IMG/VR virus record: IMGVR_UViG_3300042568_000467
Span: 27,439 to 91,438 of that record
Source of the DNA: a virus
Length of the DNA: 64,000 nucleotides
Direction: 5' to 3' (one strand)
The notes under the pieces were generated by a model. That model was not told where the DNA came from and did no database searches. It worked only from the letters and a program-made list of their open reading frames with translations. Position numbers and translations under genes: made by a program. Numbering within the stretch: position 1 is the stretch's first letter; each line of letters begins with the position of its first letter. Of the stretch, positions 60,791 to 64,000 are shown piece after piece.

Positions 60791-61348
60791 ATGCCAATGG
60801 AGAAAATAAAAGAACGTTTGAGTGATGTTGCTCATAACTGGGCTTATATAGGAATGATAACATTGTTCCTGTTTACTGTCCAGCCTGGTCCAACAGAAAC
60901 TCAAGCTCTTGAGGTGGAAACACCTAAATCAACAGTACAACTAAAGAAAGAAACCTTAGAGAAGTACAGCACTACTGTATACAAGCCTTCTGAGATGCTA
61001 ACAGACGGAGAACTAAAAGAACTCCTATCAGCTGTTGGTTTTGAAGGAAAAGCCCTTAAACAGGCTTGGGCTATTGCTAAGTCAGAATCCAATTCAAGGC
61101 CTATGGCTTACAATGGTGACAGGAAAACTGGAGACAGTTCCTACGGAATTTTTCAGATTAATATGTTGGGTGAACTCGGCATTGATCGTAAAGAAAAATT
61201 TGATCTAAAGTCAAACATTTTATTGTTTGACCCAGTAATTAACGCAGAGATAACGTATTATATGACTAAAGGCGGAACCGATTGGTCATCATGGTCTTCC
61301 CTAAATGGGGCAAGATACAAAGAGTTCTTAGCTGAATTCAAAAATTAG
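60791..61348 (+). CDS. lysozyme-like/lytic transglycosylase with N-terminal hydrophobic segment
   Basis: AIAKSESN catalytic Glu, SYGIFQIN, LFDPVINA, GGTDWSSW; AAGGAGG RBS. Confidence 0.85.
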   Translation: MPMEKIKERLSDVAHNWAYIGMITLFLFTVQPGPTETQALEVETPKSTVQLKKETLEKYSTTVYKPSEMLTDGELKELLSAVGFEGKALKQAWAIAKSESNSRPMAYNGDRKTGDSSYGIFQINMLGELGIDRKEKFDLKSNILLFDPVINAEITYYMTKGGTDWSSWSSLNGARYKEFLAEFKN

Positions 61349-61360
61349 AAGGGTAGGTAT

Positions 61361-61573
61361 ATGAACATACAATATGTGTCTAAATACCTACTTCTAGCAG
61401 AGAAGGGCCTTGTTCCTAGACTTAAATGTCCTATGGATCAGGGCCCTTTAATGTGCAACGAAACAAATGAGGGTATAATTTATTTATACTGCTTATCCTG
61501 TCAGTATACAAATAATATTGGATTGGAATTTTATGGAGAGCTTAAAAAATCCGTTGACCGAAATTCAAACTGA
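61361..61573 (+). CDS. small zinc-ribbon-like protein
   Basis: CPMD...CLSC. Confidence 0.65.
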   Translation: MNIQYVSKYLLLAEKGLVPRLKCPMDQGPLMCNETNEGIIYLYCLSCQYTNNIGLEFYGELKKSVDRNSN

Positions 61574-61655
61574 CGGAGGAACCATTAAAGAAACAGATGC
61601 CATGGGGCGGGAAAAGTTTTGGGAAGACCTAGGAAGGCCAGATGACAGAAAATAA
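61533..61655 (+). CDS. 40-aa small protein (below ORF-track cutoff)
   Basis: MESLKNPLTEIQTDGGTIKETDAMGREKFWEDLGRPDDRK; fills the gap and overlaps both neighbours. Confidence 0.5.
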   Translation: MESLKNPLTEIQTDGGTIKETDAMGREKFWEDLGRPDDRK

Positions 61656-61857
61656 TCCAGAGCCTCAAAATCTAGAAGATAATTTGCCAATGGTAAATTA
61701 TATTATGCTTCATAGAATTTATGACCTGCTCACTATAATATCTAATAAAATAGTGGGTGGCGAAGATACACAAAAAATGATACAATATCATGAACAGGGG
61801 TTCCTACTTGGGCCCACCCCTTCTTATTCAGTTGAGGAAAATAAAGATGGCGACTAA
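61642..61857 (+). CDS. hypothetical protein
   Basis: AGGAAGG RBS; LPMVNYIMLHRIYDLL. Confidence 0.7.
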   Translation: MTENNPEPQNLEDNLPMVNYIMLHRIYDLLTIISNKIVGGEDTQKMIQYHEQGFLLGPTPSYSVEENKDGD

Positions 61858-62044
61858 AAACGCAATTGTAGAAATTATGGTAGAACAACTTAATATCCAA
61901 CAGCGTCAGGCGGCAGTAATGCATAAGCAGGACCTTGTTGAGTTAGAAAAGCACCTATTGTCAGTCCAAGAAGGATATCGACAAATGTGTAGCGGCATGG
62001 TTGATGCACTAATTTCTCGTGGTGCTATTTCAGTAGATCAATAA
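61847..62044 (+). CDS. hypothetical protein
   Basis: likely start ATG 61847 after GAGGA. Confidence 0.6.
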   Translation: MATKNAIVEIMVEQLNIQQRQAAVMHKQDLVELEKHLLSVQEGYRQMCSGMVDALISRGAISVDQ

Positions 62045-62082
62045 TATTTGAGTTATTAGGTTCATGTGGGTATAATAAATTT

Positions 62083-62244
62083 ATGTCCCCACATGAATTT
62101 TCTAAGCAAATGAAGAACCCCTATTTCCAATCAAAATATTACAGGGAAGAAAGTCCTGCTGGGCAAATGGAAGCCAAGATAGAAAAACGTATAGAAAAAA
62201 TAATTTCTAAAATACTATTTTGGAGAAAGAAGAAAGATGCTTAA
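62083..62244 (+). CDS. 53-aa basic small protein (below ORF-track cutoff)
   Basis: MSPHEFSKQMKNPYF...ILFWRKKKDA; TTGAGT-17-TATAAT-6 nt-ATG leaderless promoter; overlaps next start. Confidence 0.65.
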   Translation: MSPHEFSKQMKNPYFQSKYYREESPAGQMEAKIEKRIEKIISKILFWRKKKDA

Positions 62245-62797
62245 TTTTGAAAACAACCCAAACGTTCAAAGACTTCACCCAGAAGAAGAGATTTGGGTTT
62301 ATAAGAATTTTCTAAGTAAAGAAGAAGTGTCTAATCTATATGACGTATCTAAAAATTTAGGTGATGAGGCTTGGGGCGGAGACGCTGCCAGACATACAAT
62401 CGAATGGTATAACGGAAGAAGTAGTTTAATTGTTCCAGAACTAATTCCAGTAAGAAATAAAATTCAAGATCTTGTTCAAGGATACAGTGTAACTCCTGGA
62501 GAATCACTTGCCAGAATGTGGGCTGGAGATACAATGCATGAGCATGAAGACAGTTGTGGTGATGAAGGAACTGATGATACCGACGACAACAACACATGTG
62601 CTATAACTGAGTATGGATGCGTTGTTTATATCAATGACGATTTTGAAGGCGGAAATCTATATTACCCAAATCTATCTCTATCATACACCCCTTCTGCTGG
62701 AGATTTAGTTATACATGGATCAAGAATCCGACACGGGGTTTCTGAAGTTAAATCTGGCATCAGATATGTTTATCCAAGCTTTTTATATAGGAGTTAA
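62237..62797 (+). CDS. 2OG-Fe(II) oxygenase, prolyl 4-hydroxylase-like
   Basis: MHEHED, VYINDDFEGGNL, RHGV, GIRY. Confidence 0.9.
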   Translation: MLNFENNPNVQRLHPEEEIWVYKNFLSKEEVSNLYDVSKNLGDEAWGGDAARHTIEWYNGRSSLIVPELIPVRNKIQDLVQGYSVTPGESLARMWAGDTMHEHEDSCGDEGTDDTDDNNTCAITEYGCVVYINDDFEGGNLYYPNLSLSYTPSAGDLVIHGSRIRHGVSEVKSGIRYVYPSFLYRS

Positions 62798-62803
62798 AAT
62801 AAA

Positions 62804-63388
62804 ATGTCTCAAGTTTTTAAGCAAGAAGATTTTTTAACAAATATCAAAAACACTGAGTCTCTGACTGAAATAGGTCATGGAATTCTTTTATATGAAAACT
62901 TTCTTCCAGAAGAAAAATTAAATTTAATTAAAAAAGAAATAGAGCAGATAAAGAAAGAGTCTTGGAGTAGCCATGAAGATGCTTCTAGTGATATCGATGG
63001 CCTAATAAGCCCACCAGTAAGATCGCTTGAAATATTTCAAGATAAGCTAATTGATTTTATAATTCCTAAATATTGGACCAATGGTCATATTTGGGTTAGT
63101 AGATCTGCTCCTCATTTAAAACATTTTAAAACTAAAATATCTAGAACCTGGACTGCCGCTGACTACATAGTAGTGCTTTATATTGGTGAGTTTGAGGGCG
63201 GAAACTTAGTCCTAAAGAGTAAAGACAACTGGGAAGATTTAGACTTTAGTATTCCAGTTAAAGAAAATCAACTATACCTACTTCCATTAAAAAATGGTGA
63301 ACAGTATGAAACTGATGAAGTAACAGATGGCATCAAGTATGCTGCTGTTGACTGGATATATAGACACGATGAAATTTTCATCGGATAA
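62804..63388 (+). CDS. degenerate 2OG-Fe(II) oxygenase-like protein
   Basis: YENFL, LYIGEFEGGNL, EVTDGIKY retained; HxD and distal His not apparent. Confidence 0.6.
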   Translation: MSQVFKQEDFLTNIKNTESLTEIGHGILLYENFLPEEKLNLIKKEIEQIKKESWSSHEDASSDIDGLISPPVRSLEIFQDKLIDFIIPKYWTNGHIWVSRSAPHLKHFKTKISRTWTAADYIVVLYIGEFEGGNLVLKSKDNWEDLDFSIPVKENQLYLLPLKNGEQYETDEVTDGIKYAAVDWIYRHDEIFIG

Positions 63389-63392
63389 ATCC

Positions 63393-63421
63393 TTGACATA
63401 GAATTTAAACTATTTTATACT
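63393..63421 (+). promoter_or_regulatory. consensus SigA promoter
   Basis: TTGACA(63393-63398)-17-TATACT(63416-63421). Confidence 0.75.
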
Positions 63422-63427
63422 TAATAT

Positions 63428-63523
63428 GTACTGGTTGTAGCATCCCACAGATTAAGCTCCCAGTATAATGTGTAGCAATACACTAGCAATGCCCATTCGG
63501 ATCCGCCTCTGAATGGGTTTTTT
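63428..63523 (+). ncRNA. candidate ~95-nt structured small RNA
   Basis: own promoter; stem GTACTGG/CCAGTAT; GTGTA-GCAA-TACAC hairpin; terminator; no meaningful ORF. Confidence 0.55.
63491..63523 (+). terminator. intrinsic terminator
   Basis: GCCCATTCGGA-TCCGCC-TCTGAATGGGT-TTTTT. Confidence 0.8.
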
Positions 63524-63537
63524 GCTATAATATGGAT

Positions 63538-63813
63538 ATGATAAGAACTAGAAATTATACCCTAAATGCTACGACTCCTGTTGAGCTTTCAATTGAAGAC
63601 GAAATAAATGTAAAATCAACAATGATAATTTCTAACACAAGTACCAATAAGCATCTAATTATTGGAAATAGCAATATGACACCTACAGACTACGGAATAA
63701 GAATTGAACATGATGCACCGCCCGTCACTATCGACTTATATAAAGACGATAGACTGTATGCGCTTGGCGAAGATGGCACAGTTACATGTGCTGTAATGAT
63801 AATCGAAAGATAA
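63538..63813 (+). CDS. hypothetical protein
   Basis: TGCTATAAT then 6 nt to ATG 63538 (preferred over 63532). Confidence 0.65.
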   Translation: MIRTRNYTLNATTPVELSIEDEINVKSTMIISNTSTNKHLIIGNSNMTPTDYGIRIEHDAPPVTIDLYKDDRLYALGEDGTVTCAVMIIER

Positions 63814-63818
63814 TTAAG

Positions 63819-63890
63819 TATCCCTAGAGAGATTCGAACTCCCGACACACAGGGTAGAAACCTGTTGCTCTTCCGCTGAGCTATAGAGAT
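63819..63890 (-). tRNA. tRNA-Arg(TCT)
   Basis: cloverleaf: ATCTCTA/TAGGGAT acceptor, ACAGG-TTTCTAC-CCTGT anticodon arm, GTTCGAATC; CCA not encoded. Confidence 0.9.
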
Positions 63891-63894
63891 TTAG

Positions 63895-63968
63895 TACACC
63901 AGGCAGGACTTGAACCTACGATAGCCGAATTATGAGTTCGGGGCCTTAACCAACTTGGCTACTGGTGC
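63895..63968 (-). tRNA. tRNA with CAT anticodon (Met or Ile2)
   Basis: GCACCAG/CTGGTGT acceptor, CCGAA-CTCATAA-TTCGG, GTTCAAGTC. Confidence 0.9.
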
Positions 63969-63972
63969 TAAG

Positions 63973-64000
63973 CTGGACCACCAGGGCTCGAACCTGGGAC
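63973..64000 (-). tRNA. tRNA, 3' part only (truncated by window)
   Basis: CCAGG-TTCGAGC-CCTGG T arm plus acceptor strand TGGTCCA-G. Confidence 0.75.

Overview
This window is 64 kb of a large, AT-rich tailed dsDNA phage with a siphovirus layout. Almost all genes lie on the - strand up to 60.7 kb, then switch to +. In transcription order (right to left) the - strand carries: a GT4 glycosyltransferase, class II ribonucleotide reductase, a holin-like gene, a block of fibre/virion accessory proteins, an FN3-(FFxPPy)20-Hint protein, eight putative modification enzymes (six prolyl-4-hydroxylase-like 2OG-Fe(II) oxygenases and two DUF6065-type proteins), a LamG protein, portal, protease/scaffold, major capsid, head-tail proteins, major tail protein, a -1 frameshifted tail chaperone, a 2247-aa tape measure, tail tip proteins, and a replication module (metallophosphoesterase, DnaB, primase, SSB, DnaE, MazG-like). 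The right end holds a lytic transglycosylase, two more oxygenase-like genes, a candidate ~95-nt structured sRNA and the start of a tRNA array. Many leaderless promoters and the gene content suggest a low-GC actinobacterial host (inference). The standout is a candidate phage peptide/protein modification system: a Pro/Phe hexapeptide repeat cassette fused to a Hint domain, directly upstream of a battery of prolyl-hydroxylase-like enzymes. All family assignments are motif recognition by eye; no database searches were run.
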